Part shown: positions 22,471 to 36,209 of the stretch, one piece after another
Numbering within the stretch: position 1 is the first letter of the stretch
Layout: each line of letters begins with the position of its first letter
NCBI GenBank assembly: GCA_013239625.1
Contig: MU053934.1
Coordinates: 4,978,399 to 5,042,398 of the forward strand
Reading direction: 5' to 3'
DNA length: 64,000 bases
Origin: Lama guanicoe
Lineage: Eukaryota
Notes under the pieces: model-generated
Databases searched by the model: none
What the model was told of the DNA's origin: nothing
What the model saw: only the letters and a program-made list of their open reading frames with translations
Position numbers and translations under genes: made by a program

Positions 22471-24319
22471 TCTCTCTGAAGACTGGTGCACGGAATGAGA
22501 CCAGACACAAGTGGAACTGAATGAAAATCAGTTACAAGGCCCCACCCCATCTCGCCACCACCCCAGTTTTAAGTTACTTTAAGTTATTGAAAATCTGACA
22601 GCGTAGCTACCAAAATATATTTTAGATTTTGTTTATCAGAATAATAGCACTCTGTTAAGCATAGATGCGTATATTTATTGCATTTATATAGCTTAAGGCT
22701 CTGGAGAAGGAAGTTCAAACATAGGAGAGAATGCTAGCCCTGAAAAATGCAGCACTCTGAAGGAAGAGGAAGGCAAAAAAACTGAACGGATGATACAAGA
22801 GGGGAGTTAAGAGATCTCAGAGCCTTGGGGCAGAAGGTGGTATTTTGACATAGTCAAGGGGGGAAAATCCCTCTCATTTTTCACGTTACTGTACCGTGTA
22901 AGATTTTACCACTAAAACACAAGAGTCTAGCCATTGTCAGATTTATAAAAACCACATTGGATTTCTTTATGGGACGATGGATGTGTCTTGTCAGTAGGTA
23001 ACTTCCCTGGTTGGTTATCTCACTCACTCAGATATTCCATCAGTCAGGCCATGGCTTCGGAAACATAACTGTATACAGAGAAGGCCTCGCCGACCAGGTA
23101 GAGGTCCCTGTTCCTTCATTAGAATTAAAAAGGGATTCCAGTGCTGTCTGTTCACTCCTTCAATTGCCCTGTTACAGAAAGCTCTCCAGAGTAATTTTCT
23201 AAAGAGAACGAAAAATAAAGGGGAGAAAAAATCCGACATTAATAATGTTTTTATGCATTTCCAACACAGTCGTTGCTAAATTGGTCCTGCCTTTTTATGT
23301 TTTTTAATGAAAAGCAGGCTAATTGATCAATTGGTCACGAATAATACTTTTTCATTTGTTTTCCTCCCCACCTCTCAGCCTTCCAGAGCCACGGGCTTAA
23401 CGTAGCAGCCTGCAAACAGTTTATGATTTGTGTCTATTGTCTAGTGCTTTGTGGGAAAATACTAGAAACAAACTGCGGGGAACTCAGTAGGAACTCAGTG
23501 AATAATAAGTAGCTAGTTCTCTTTTTCAACGTGATTTTAAAGAAAAATCTTTTTGAATAACTAGGAAATATTATGAGGGAAGAACTAATAGGAAAAAAAA
23601 ACCTGATTGACTTACAATTTGACATTTCTATTCATCATTTTGTAAGTCATAGATTTTTAGCACTTTGTGGAGCAAAATGTGACATCAGATTAGCTCCTCT
23701 CTCCTAAATAGATTTATATTCTAAGAATGTCGATTATTGAATTAGTAAGGCTAGCAGGAAGATCTCAACAATACATTAAATCTAAGCAAATTGTTATGTT
23801 TTAATGTATTATAGCAACCCTTAAGGTTGATCGTAAGTATGTTGAGATCCAAAGCAGAGCTCTCCCTGGTGGTAGTGAGGTTAGAGGTGGAGTGGAGGGT
23901 CAGAGACACATTTAGGAAGCTGATGAAAGCTAAAGAACTCTCTCAAGAGGGAAAAAAATGCCTAGCACTCCTCCTCACACACCTTTACACAGAATTTCCA
24001 GAGGTCCATGGATTCCCCTGGACTCCGCCTATATGTCCTTAACAGGAAAAATGTCCTTTATCTGGAGTTTTTTTACCCCGAGTCTTTTAAAGCTCTAAAA
24101 AGCATTTTCACACATTATCTCATTTGATCTGACCACATAGTTTGCCTCTCATGTTGCTGAGTGGGAGAAGCAAAGCTCAGGAGTTTTAGCGACTTGCTTG
24201 AGGTACTTTTGCTAACGTCCGCCAAGACTTAGGACCAAGGCTGTAACGTTGTGGCCCAGGGCTACTTCTGCGGCACTGGTCTGGGCCCAGCATTTGGGAG
24301 ACACAGGAGCCCACGATGA

Positions 24320-24440
24320 AGGCTCTGGGAATCTGAATTCTGATTCTACTGGGAACTACCTCTGTGACCTTGAACAAGACTTGGTAACTTCTCTGGGCCT
24401 CAGTTTCCTTCTTGGTGAAGTGAGTGGTTAGACCACGTGT
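24320..24440 (+). mobile_element. MIR fragment
   Basis: ctgtgaccttgaacaagacttggtaacttctctgggcctcagtttcctt. Confidence 0.6.
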
Positions 24441-26779
24441 TTGCTGAAGCCCCTTCCGTTCTCTGTTGCAAACTATCTTATCCCCCTGGGTCTGAGCGCA
24501 GAGGGAAGTGACCTTTTCTGTGACAGATGGCAAGACCTTTCACCCTGCCCTGTAAATCGTAAGAGCCGGCATTCAGTTCAGATGGCTTTCTTTGCAATGG
24601 CCAAATCCTGTTAAAAACCATAAACATTAATAGTGTTTTTGTGAGCTGCTTGAGTGCAGTTCAGCTGGTTGCCTCATTTTCCTGCAGGGCTGACTGTCTC
24701 CCAGCAATTTTGCTCTGACTCTGTGCTCTGCATCAGACAGACGTACCACGGTGTTTTATGATCCCTCTTGGGTAGTTCAGAATATAATATGGAAATAAAG
24801 ATCGCTGATGGACTTATTTTGGGCTGATAGAACTTATCCTTCTGAAATGGTTATTTCTCTTGAAGGACGCAAATCTTCCACCTGATTTTCCATCATTAAG
24901 AGTTATTTCCTTTAACGCCCTGAAATGGCTTGGAAATTGGAGAGTCATGAGAGCCCGCAGCATTGAACGCAGAAGCCCTGAGACAAGGAAGAATGGAACC
25001 AACCCCTTTACTTTGTGGGCTATTAGAAGAATCTTTGAGTCAGTAGAACTAGCACAAATTTGTAGGTTAGCCTTTGTTTCAGATTTATAAAAAGTGTCCA
25101 TAGCGTTTGCTGCCAAGTGTGCAAAATCCATGATATAGCCCCAGTTTAATTTTGGATCTCTCCAGGAAGAAAAACAAGCAGAAATTTCTCCTGCTCCATA
25201 GGTCAGTAAACCAGAGTTTTATAATATCAGTTGTCAAATGGTGGAAATTCAGAACCAAAGGGCTTCTATTCATCATAGGAACCACCCTGCTCTTGGCTTT
25301 TGGAATAATCCAAGCCACGTGCTATTAGCACAAACAGGCAGCTACCCCAGTAACCAAGAAGGTGTTGGTCTCTAATTGTCATTTATAGCCAATGATAGAA
25401 AATTGGGGGCCCTGTCTTTTTGCTCACTGCGTTTTCTAACTGAACGTCAGGCTGGCGAGTGGAGGTATATCAGCTTCCTGCAGGGAAGTGTATAATTTGC
25501 TCTGTACCGTGTCAGGTCATTGGACTGTGGGAGATAATACTGTCCGGTGATGAGAGTGACGGAGCATGAACGTAGCTCCTGGGTTCTGCGCTCCATTCTC
25601 AGCTTCGTGTTGAGTCACTGCACCCCATCCACCCCTCTGTCCTTGAGTGAAATGGTACCGTTCTTTAACCCACTATGCGGGAGACTTAGGAAGAGCCATG
25701 CGTTGCTACCCTCAAAGCATGTTTATGTCTTTGCTATATTATAAATATGCTCTCTTTCATTTTAAAAAATGCCTAACATGGTGCTTTCTTATTTAAACAA
25801 ACTCATTTTGTGGAATCTCTATTTCTTAAACCAATATTGTTAAATAGACTACTACTAACTCATTTTATAAACCAGATATTGTATGCTGTTGTGACTGGGC
25901 ACTTGGTACCCTGTAAACATCCAAATAAACAAAGAAGGAGAGTGTGTGAGGTCAAAGAATCTCCTAGCTGGAGAGTAATCCCCAAGACGTGAAACAAGGA
26001 AGATGGGGCTCTTTAATAGTAGAACAGATGAACAACTTTTATTGTAAAATGCAAGCTGTAGGGAAAAGTCATATACACTACACAGCCAACTTTGTCAGCT
26101 TGTATTAGTTCATAAAGTGAAGGGTCAATTAGGTGTTGTTATCATCAAAAGAGCACACTGTAATGCTTTGTCATGTAGACACTATAAAAAAAATGACCTA
26201 TCTGGTTACTTTAATTCGTCTTTTGGTTACTGTCAGCAGACACCCCCTCAGTCTCTAATTCAAGGTAGCCAGACGTACTGAGAACACGTAAGGTAATAAA
26301 AACAAAAGGCAAATAGGGTCCTTTTCCCTGAGGAACTAACGAGCTATTAGGGAAGCTAGGACAAAGGAAAGAAAATGCTGCCATAGTGCCAAGCTCCTGA
26401 GGAGGAGCTGGAGTAAGTGGCTCAAGGCGGGGCTTTGTAGGGAGGGCTTCCTGAAGGAGGTGCACTGCAGGCAGATGGAGATGGCTTGGCAAAGAGGCAT
26501 AAATGCATCCACAAATTTGTGCACTTCAAGGAAATCATAGGCGGAACAGAGTCTTCTCTGCTAAAGACCTGTTTATTTTGCAAATGACAAGCAGTAGAGA
26601 AGGCGCTTGCAAATCTTTTCCTTAGGGATCCAGAAATTAAACTGCTGCCACTGGAAACTGTACTTCAAGGTCTTTTTCTTGGATAACTGGTTCTTCTTTC
26701 AATTCTTATCATGTCCCCTAGTCTTCTTTTTTGAACATAAATATCCTTTGTTCTTTTAACTATTCATCCTATGATGTGG

Positions 26780-27100
26780 TTTTCGTGCTTTCAAAATTTT
26801 AAATGTTCACCTCCAATGGATTCCAGCCTAAGGTCCCTCCTAAATAATGGTGCTCAGCTTGGGACTGAGCTCTCCAGGAGTGGTCTGACAAATGCAGAAT
26901 ACCATCGAGTAGTCACCTCCCTTCATCTATACCCTATACTTCTATTAATGTGACCTGAGATTGCATTAGTCTTTTTGGCATTCAAGTCACACTGCTGACT
27001 CATACTGAAATTGTGGTCAACTCATACCCATGAGTTCCCATGCACTACTATTAAGCCAGTTCGTCCTTATTCTGTCCTTGCGCTATTGATTTAAAAAAAA
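26780..27100 (-). mobile_element. L3/CR1 LINE fragment
   Basis: ctccaggagtggtctgacaaatgcagaata...tcacctcccttcatcta...gattgcattagtctttttggca...cacactgctgactcatactg is typical reverse CR1/L3 ORF2 sequence. Confidence 0.65.
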
Positions 27101-27822
27101 TACAACCAAAAACCCTAGGCACAGAGGTTTAAAGAGACATTTAACTCTATTACACTTGATCAAATTGATAACAACCTATCAAAATATTTCAGAGCACATT
27201 AGATCTCTTGTCTCAGGGTGAGTACTTATCTTCTAGCCGGAGGCATAGCTAATCTCAACACTGGATCCCTGGAAGAGGCCTCCAGCGGGTCAGGACTTTA
27301 TTTTCTACATCTTTAGACAGATTAGCAAACCTCAGTCTTCCTAACTGTAAGCTAGGAACAAATGTGAACGGCTCTTTGCTTCCCAAGGACGTGCAACAAT
27401 GAGTCAGATGTCAGTAAACCTCTAAGTCAAAGTTCCCGGAGGCAGTGTTATATGAGAGGAGAAAGATTTTATAACAGGCTTCTGGCAACTTTCCAAAGAT
27501 TTGATTCCCCTTATCACTATACGTTACAGTGAATAGCATTCTTTTTGCACCTGTTTTAAAGCTATAACTGAGTTACCTGATTTGGGGTTATAATAACATC
27601 AGGTGGTGTCAGTATAATTTCAGCACATGACTATTTGTCATGTGAGGAAGGTATATGAATCTGTTTCATTGCAAGACTCCATTTAAAGTGATTCTTCTCT
27701 CTCCATCCCCTCCTCTGGGCCTATCCTTACCCCTAGCCTCCTCCTTCGTGAAACAAGGACAACAAAGACCTTGAAGTTTAGGTTTCCATCAGACTTTTGG
27801 AAACCTTTAAAAGTCTTGCTGT

Positions 27823-27939
27823 GGGGAGGGTATAGCTCAAGCGGTAGAGTGCATGCTTAGCATGCATGAAGTCCAGGGTTCAATACCCAGTACCTCCTCT
27901 AAGAATAAATAAACCTAATATCTTCCCCCAACCAGAAAA

Positions 27940-27971
<32 letters not shown>

Positions 27972-27973
27972 AA
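27823..27973 (+). mobile_element. tRNA-Ala-derived SINE (camelid Vic-1 type) with (GAAA)n tail
   Basis: GGGGAGGGTATAGCTCAAGCGGTAGAGTGCATGCTTAGCATGCATGAAGTCCAGGGTTCAATACCCAGTACCTCC, with A and B boxes, then aataaataaacctaat...cccc and a GAAA-repeat tail. Confidence 0.85.
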
Positions 27974-28226
27974 ACCTGTCAAACGAATTTAGCAGGTCAC
28001 AGGTTTTTGTAGGTAACTTGTATAATATTTATAATTTCAAGCTAATAGAAATGTCACATTTCAAAACACATCTCTGTGAGCAGTTTCATTCATTACAGAA
28101 AAGTTCAGGAACATCTATGATTTTCCAATCTGTCCTTTTAATGCAAATTTTAATGTTGCTCTCATAACCTTGTAATCATTAAGATTCAAATAGCCCCTCC
28201 CCCACCTCTCACTAGTGATTGTGACC

Positions 28227-28400
28227 CAGGGCCTTGCCACTCAGTGTGACATCTGGGGACCAATGGTGTTAACATCCCCTGGGAGCCTGTTAGAAATGAG
28301 TATCTCAGACTCTGCCTCAAACCTACTACTGAATCAGACTCTGATCTTTAAAAAAATTCCTCTATGATTCTTTTGTACAATAAAATCTGAGGAGAACTGA
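28227..28400. mobile_element. MER5A-like hAT-Charlie element
   Basis: catcccctgggagcctgttagaaatg...tctcagactctgcctcaaacctactactgaatcagactctg...aaaatctgaggagaactg. Confidence 0.7.
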
Positions 28401-28609
28401 TCTGGGATGATGGGATTTCACCCCACTTTAGCCATCATAACCCCATTTTACCCCCCTTACCCACTGTGTCCTGGTACAAAACTTGCAAAGTACAATGTGG
28501 TGCTTACTAATAGTTTAGAGTCATTAGTTAAAATTTGACCAGATTTAAATATTCTATATACATCCAGCTATTTTTCAAAGTTTCTATAACTGGCTTTAAA
28601 ATGCTCTTG

Positions 28610-28780
28610 TCTTTCTGGGTTCTGGTCACAATTTGGAGGTCAGGGAGGGGGGCTGCTACTGGCATCTAATGGGTGAAAACCAGCAATGCTGCTAAGGACC
28701 CTATAACGCACAGGATGGACCGCATAATAAAGATTTAACCAGCCCCACGTGTCAATAGCACTGAGGCTGAAAAGGCCTGT
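28610..28780. mobile_element. MER20-like hAT-Charlie element
   Basis: gctgctactggcatctaatgggtgaaaaccagcaatgctgctaaggaccctataacgcacaggat...gtcaatagcactgaggctgaaaaggcctg. Confidence 0.75.
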
Positions 28781-31700
28781 TGTAGACGCATGTGGTTTGT
28801 AGAAAAGGGCTCAAATGTGCAATCATTCACAGCAGAATGTAAGAAAATGAAGCCACATGGCATGTCGTCATGCGGCCAAGAAAAGAACAAACGACTGGCA
28901 GTGGTCTGAGTGATGATGGTGGGGACATGGGGGCTGGGAGTAGAGAATCCAACCACAGGTGAGAGGAGAGATCTAGGGCAGGCTATAATCAATGTCCTGT
29001 GCACAGCTGGCTTTGGGTAACAGGGTTTGGCTTCAGAGATTGGACACCAAGTATGAATGGGGAGAGGGGGTGGTATGGGCTGGAGAGAGAGAAAGCTTCT
29101 AGACTGGGTACTAGATGTGATCTCAAAATCATGTTAGACCTGGAGAGCAAGAAAGGAGTTGGGGTACTAGCATAGGAGTACGTGGGTGGATTTCAGGTAA
29201 ATCCAGTAAGACGTGGACTTAGATTCAAGGCAGAATCCCACTTGCTAGAATGGGACACCTCAGAGCCAGGCCAGCAGCTGGGGGTGACCTGATGCACAGT
29301 TACCTGAGCGTTGGGCTGGAGTGTGCTTCTTAAATCCCTCCCAACCAGGAAGAGGCTTAGTGCCAGGTGTACAGTATGGCTGACTTGAAGGAAGAGGTCA
29401 AGTGCTTTCAGCTATGGAGAAAGATGGGCAAGAAACAAGTCGGTCCCGACACTAGCTGCTGAAAAATCATGGGATAAGAACTGGAACAGAACTTGAGGGC
29501 GTCCTCCAAGTCATTTCCCTACTGCACAGCATCTAAACCATTTCAGGAAAATGACCTACTCTTCAACTGTAAAATTCCAAAGAAAGATTTCTTAAGGACC
29601 TGTGTTGATGCCTTCTAATCCATCTAAATCAGCACTTCTTCCCCATTCCTAACCCTGGATCACCTTCCCGGATGTAAGTCGACTTTCTTTCATCCCACCT
29701 GCACATGATGAGCTTTCTAACAGCCCATAATGTCGAATAACAAAAACTACCTTCACAACTGCCGAAGGCAGCCTCCCCTTCTCTAAGCTAAGAATCTCCA
29801 TTCCATTAGTGTGTCACCCAACCTCTGGACCCTCTCCAAGCCTTGCCTGCGTGTGATAGTCACCACCAAAATGTATTTATTAAATCTACAATGTGTGTCG
29901 ATTGCCCTTTTGACCCTAGAATGCAAAGAAGGAAAAATATAAAAAGTGATACATGGTTTTGTTAGTTTTTATTAGTCTCTTTTCTCTCCAAGGAGTTGTC
30001 AGTCTTTGCCAAGTTCATAGTCTAGATGGAGCAATAGTCCTTAGGCTAAGTTCTATTGTAACATTTTAGTTGTCCTGCAAATGCTTTCACTGTGACCCTC
30101 ACCTAAGGACAACAGAGTCCACTATCATATAAAATAGCTCTAATGTGAGTTTAGCTGTAAATAAAACTGGGATAAAGGCATTTGTTCAATTCCAGAGAAG
30201 GCATTATACTGCCATGTGGGTTTGGTTTCCAGTGAGCTGCAAAACAAAGTTCTTTTCCACGTAAAGGGATTTATTCAGCTGAATGCACTCACTTTGCTGC
30301 AACTGGATTAATTTCATTTCACATCATGTCTCTAAGTTGAAGAGTAAACTGATTTGCAGCCGACTAAATGGATATGTTGATGCATCCTACATCAGTAAGA
30401 TTTATTGCAACTAGATTACAGCAGTCATGGTACACTAGTTGTTTTCACATCTATACAGTAACTGCAGAAGGGCACCATTTCAGTGTATGCACTGAAAAAC
30501 AGTTTATCAAATGTACAGTCGATGGGGATGTGGAATGAGAGAGAACACAGGTGTGTAAAATGAGAAAATGTTATTAAAAATATTTATTTTATTCTATACC
30601 TGTGTCCTAAAAGCCACCATTTTAGATTTTTGAATCGTGTTTCACATGGCACTGCTCAAGATACATACCCAAGCCCTCTCGCGGGGGAACAAGTATTGAT
30701 CATGGGCTTGTGTGCTCAGCACTGTGCTGAGGGCCACCGCTCAGCCAGCACTGGGTCACCACCCACTCGCTCCATCCTCTACTTTCTTCTGTACGCTTGT
30801 CTCCCCTGTATCTCTCTCCATTTCCAATACCACAGGCTCACCACCCTCCCAGGACTCTCAGTTTGTGTCTATGCTTGGGACCCCCTCCTTTCATTTCTCC
30901 CAAATTGCTGCCTTTATCCTGGCTCGTGCTTCTAATACAATAAAGCCGCCAGTGGAAATTTTTCTGATTTCTATAACTAGCAGTTATTTTCAAAGGAAGT
31001 TGCTTGTGGAGATGAGCCTGTGGTGTCCCAGGGCTGTTATATGGATCAAATGTAATAATATGTATAAAAAAGCCATTTGTTAACTGTAACATGCTCTCCC
31101 AAAGTAAATTATTACTGTATTATATGATTTTAAGGTTTAAAAAGCAGCCAGATTATATATAAAAGTTCGGTAAGACTTGGTAACCCAGTTGGAAAAGAAA
31201 ATCAGAGAATTTGGGGTCTTGACCCCTCCGTCAATAAGCTAGAGGCCTCCAACTTTTTTTTTTTTTTAACAACCAAAGCATTCTCATTCTGTTGAGAACA
31301 CATTCTGGTCCAAGGACTGTCTGCTCATGATTCTGGAACAAGGTCTTCCCTCTTGCTTGAGTTTCCCCATCCCCCACAGTCACCTTCCAAATCCCAGCCA
31401 ACCTTCACAGGTTAACCCCAGACCCACTCTCTCTCCCCAGCTCTTCCCCAGACAGAATTCATCTCTTTCTCCCCAGCACTCACATCAGCCTCAGAATTAT
31501 TTATGTGGGTATCGATCTCCCTGAATCAGCTATGACTTGCTAAAGAGCAAGTCTGTTTCAGCATCTGCCAGGTCCTCCTTCCCTTCGAAGAATGAAAGTA
31601 ACAGCTCAGAGTAAAATGGCCTGAGGGTAAGGGAGAGAATTCCACGGGGCCAAAAATGTTCTATGAAGAGGCTTTATCCTTGGAGGCTGGTCTCAGATAT

Positions 31701-34272
31701 AGAAATGTCCTTACCTGGGCAACTAACTGTAGGACCCTCTGAAATAGAACGGAGTCTGTTAAATAGACTCCTAAAAACCCTAGGAGTGGTGGGTAGATGG
31801 AGGCTTCTCTCACTTTTCTTTGTACTTTTCTGTACCTTTGAAATATCTCATGTTTTTAAATGAACATAAAAGACCCTATCCTACTTAAGAGTTAGTGAGT
31901 TGAGTAACTTTCTTTCTAACTTGATTTTCAGCCTCAAAATTTTCCTGTATTTTAAATTAGAAAAAAAGTAATCCTTTGCTTCCCAGCTTAGCTGTATTTT
32001 ATCTACTGAATATGGTACCCCTTGAAATCAATGGTCCATAGACTGTGATCCACACAATTCCACACTGCATTGCACTTGTATTGAAGGGAACTCCTTGTGC
32101 AGAGTGTGGGGCTCTTGGAGGATGAAAAGTGCCACTTTTTAGAATATTAAAAAAAAAAATCCTTGAGCTGTTTTGTTATTTTAATACTTTGCTGTTAGCA
32201 GAACAGAAAGTCTTTCTTAGGAATCATCTCTAAAACAATTAGCCATGTTAACCATTGCCAAGTATGTAACAGGTGCTCAATAAATGTTTTTTAAATAAAT
32301 TAAAATACTGTGCCCTTCTAAATGAAAGATAACTTCAGTCATTTAAAATAGCCAGCAACGGGTGTAGTTTCCAATTGCTGCTCTTTTGTGTTCATTAGAA
32401 ATCATAGAAAAATAGGAATTTGAGGAAAAATTCAGATGTTATGGAAAGTGCATTGATGAAAGCAGGTTGTAATTTTGTTTACAGTGATTTGATATACAAT
32501 TATTTGAGGGATTTATTGTTAGCATGGACCAAAGCTGTGTTGTGACTATAATGGAAGATTGGCCCAGAGCCTTTACCCAATGCCAAACTCTCCAGCATCG
32601 CCTCTGTTCTTTCATCAGCAGCCTGGCCCTCCCCACCAAACTCTGCAATGTAGTCCTGGCACAGACCCCTAACCTAAAACTCCAGCCAATTTCCCTAACT
32701 ACGCACTTCTCCCCTTCACCTGCCAGATACTTCTTGTTCTCAGACACTGCACCTTGAAATCGGGGGCTTTCAACGAGTTAAAAAGGGAAATATAGAATTA
32801 CCTGGCTTATCAGTATTTTAAGTACCCTTGTAGACTTAAAGTGTTCTTGTACAAAACCACTTGAACTCTTTCTTAAGATATGCTAATTTTTTCTCTCTTT
32901 GATTGAACTGTTAACCTTCTGGATACATGACTAGTTATTACCTCAAGTATGTTTGGAACCACTCCTGCCCTAACCATTCTAAAATGTAATTAGCATGAAG
33001 ACTTTATTGTCGGAGCACAGCCCCTCGGGCTGGGATCTCATTAGACGGCACAAATCGAGCAGAATTGTGCTTGCTCCACGCTCCAAAAAAATCTCTAAGA
33101 GAAATCCTCAGCACTGGGGGAAAGGTTAAAATTGCTGATTCTGTGAGCTCTCTCTTACCCATATATTTAATTTGTATAACGAGCCAAACATAGAGAGGAT
33201 TGTGGTTCTTCTGTTTGAAAAATGAAAGCAAATCTGTTTTCTCAGAACTCTGCTTATGCAACATGTCTGCTTCACAGCTCTGGGTCACCAAAACAAAAAT
33301 AATATGTTTTAGAGCTCTAACTCCCCCCTCCCCTGCCTCCAAAGACATGCATAGCCTTTTCAGGTATCATCCCGCAACGACAGATGTTACAGAGAATGAC
33401 TGGTCTCTAGGAGGTAATTCACAAACATGGGAAAGCTGAGGCCCAAGGAGATGCAATAACTCACAGGCTCTTCACACCCCTCCCTGAACTTTCCCCATCT
33501 CTTCCACCATAGAAGGAGCTCGTGGCTTTCTGAATTGAAAACCATTACATGCTGTCTGCTCAGTTATGTCAGTAAACGCTCCCAAGTTTGGGACCAAGCC
33601 CAAATGTTATGAAACCTTACATGAATAATAATGATGCGTTCAATCCTGGGATCCCAAAGGTTATCATTTCTAGTTCATTGCGGGGCACTTTGGATGCCTC
33701 AGTTGGGCCCTAAGTGATTGGAATCTCCAGAAGGCTGCCTGATTTGACCATTCCCTTCATTTGTGAGTCTGTAATGTGTTTTAATGCGCAGAGATGTATC
33801 ATATAAACAATAATTTCTCATTATTATAATAACATTTGTCCTCATTTGCAAAAATCTTTCTGACCTGAATTTATTCATGTCATGGTGTTTGTGCAAGCAG
33901 TCTTGTTTGCCTCTACGATATATTAATAATGCATTAATTAGCTTCCCAGTGCTGCCCAAACAAGGAACAGAAAGGATTTATCTAAATCGTGAAACATGAA
34001 ATGAAGCTAATACTTTGTTCATTATATTTTAAGAACAGTCTTAGCATTTGATAGTGTAGCAAAATTTAGGCCTGATTTTTAAGAGATGATAACAGAAAAT
34101 ACTGCTTAATTTATAAAACATTTCTTTAGCACCTACTCTGCGCAAACTCTACAAGGCCAAAGAGGCTAAGAACGGTGAAATTGGCCAATTTAGTTTTATA
34201 GTCATAGTTAAAAGGCAATAAAAGGCGAGGTAATATGAGAGTTTTGATTTAGTGTTAACTAGCTTAAGTGTA

Positions 34273-34350
34273 TTAGATTGAACTGTATGAAATGGACAAT
34301 GCCTGACCATTTTTTAACCAAAAGTGGCCATTTCATATGATTCAACCTAA
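34273..34350. mobile_element. MADE2-like mariner MITE
   Basis: 78-bp element with 26-bp inverted termini (TTAGATTGAACTGTATGAAATGGACA versus reverse complement TTAGGTTGAATCATATGAAATGGCCA, 21/26) and TA duplications at 34271-34272 and 34351-34352. Confidence 0.85.
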
Positions 34351-35429
34351 TATTAAGGTACTTTTGTCATACTGTACCAGCTCCTAAAACATGATAGTGT
34401 TCATTTTCTGTTTTTAAATTAAGTGATTCAAGTTGAAGCTGTCATTGTTAGAAAGTCAGCAGAATGTAAACATCGGTCAGGGATTTGACTTCTGTTTTTC
34501 ATATTCATTTATTTTTGTAGACTCAGAAATAACATATATTTTGTAGTTCTAACATTTGTTAAGTTAAATTAGAGATTTCGGTTGATTTGGTTTAGTCAGG
34601 GGACCTGTTCTTCAAGCGTGATAGTCCCAGCCCTGTTCTTCCAGCCACTGCCTCTGTGAGCTTCACACACAGCTGTCCTCTCTCCCTTCTTGTCTGCAGG
34701 GATGTGTGATCGCAGAGCACTTCGCTTTTGTATATAGGTGTTTCTCTATGGGAGATATTAAATCTTAACATCCAGTTTTGCCGGCCCGTCCCTGAATTAC
34801 AGGGCACTGAGCAGTCAGAACAGGGTATCACCCATGTATGCCCTGAATCCATTCTTCTATTTCCTTCAACATTTAACAAATATTTACCAAGCACCTATTT
34901 TGTGCAAGTGATGGAGTCAGTCCTCTGCCAAATATGAAGTTGTATGGACAAAACGTGTGCATTAATATAAATTTTAATTAATATTAGCTTAATTATTTTA
35001 GTGCTAATGAAATACCAGGAACTTCTCTGAGCCCTTGACATGTATTAGTCTATTTAGCCCTCCCCAAGGGGTAGGGTCCATGGTTAGATCCATTTTGAAG
35101 ATGAGGAAACTGAAGCCAGACAGGTTAGGTGAGCTTCCAGAACTCAAACGCTTGGCCAGGACAGCCACCGTTTCTCTGGTTACTGTGGTGGCCCCGATGT
35201 TAGAAAGCAAATGCTTTTCCCAGACCATGAAGTCAAAGTGGGGCAAGTCAGCAGTGCCTCCTGATGCCCTAAAATGGTAAATATCCACTCAGGCCGACAG
35301 GTGCAGATGACAGAAAACACTCGCGCCTGTCGCACTGGGTTTCCTCCCAGCTCAGAACACTGAGAGGTGCCCCGTGAGGCCCCGAAGTGCGAGTCTGGCA
35401 CATGCCACGCACGCTGGCCAGAGCACTCT

Positions 35430-35621
35430 TGCTGAGTCACATCTTGCCCCAAATCTTATCACAGCCCTGCCGAAGATCGAAGGTGGGGCTCTAGCAAGAT
35501 AATGTTCACTCATCTTCCCGTTATGCCCAAGATATGAACCCTGATAACACATCTAAATTCGAAGAAAATCAACCGAAGCCATCTCAGTCAATTTGAAAAG
35601 TCTAGTGACTCATTCACACCC
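35430..35621. promoter_or_regulatory. Candidate megakaryocytic/erythroid enhancer in GRAP2 intron 1
   Basis: NF-E2/MARE TGCTGAGTCAC at 35430-35440, three WGATAA sites (35456, 35497, 35542), AP-1 TGACTCA at 35606 and CACACCC at 35615, in locally CpG-retaining unique sequence. Confidence 0.55.
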
Positions 35622-36095
35622 TTTTCATAGGGCTCCTGCGGGCCACCCCAGTTCTCTGAACCAGCCTCCAGGCTCCTGCAGCCCGCATGCAGCTCGGGGC
35701 TCGATCACGCTCCTTCGCAGATCCGATGAGTGTTGACTCCCTTCTGCACAGACAGTTGCTTAGCAAGCCACCCCTTTTCTGTGCTGACGGTGACCCCACC
35801 GCTTACGTCCCCAAGGCAGGCTAAACAAGGTCGCCTTGGAAAAATAAAACAGGGAGGAAGGTGGGGGCTTTTTAGCCCCAAGAGTAAATTCCATCACTCT
35901 GAAAGTAAAATCATCGTACCTAAATGTGACTCGACTTATGTCAGGTCTTGTAAACATATGCACACATGTGTATGCTTAAACTATGGGTGCTGACTGCCGG
36001 AAACAAAACAAGACAGCTTACCGTCTCATTAGAAGGACAAGAGCTGGTAGGCCAACTCACCAGAATAAAGAAAAATGGGTACTCTAACTTCCATA

Positions 36096-36096
<1 letters not shown>

Positions 36097-36126
<30 letters not shown>
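36097..36126 (+). repeat. (AC)15 microsatellite
   Basis: Read directly. Confidence 0.95.
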
Positions 36127-36129
<3 letters not shown>

Positions 36130-36209
36130 AGTGTAATTATGCCCACAAGACAGTTGTCCTCTCAATGAAGGACAATTAATGTTTTCAAGAATTTTATTGT
36201 TTAAATTTA

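Noticed and set aside
27823..27897. tRNA-Ala gene
   Set aside because: It has stem mismatches, a SINE-type A-rich tail and a second related copy with a TSD at 36210-36359, so it is a SINE.
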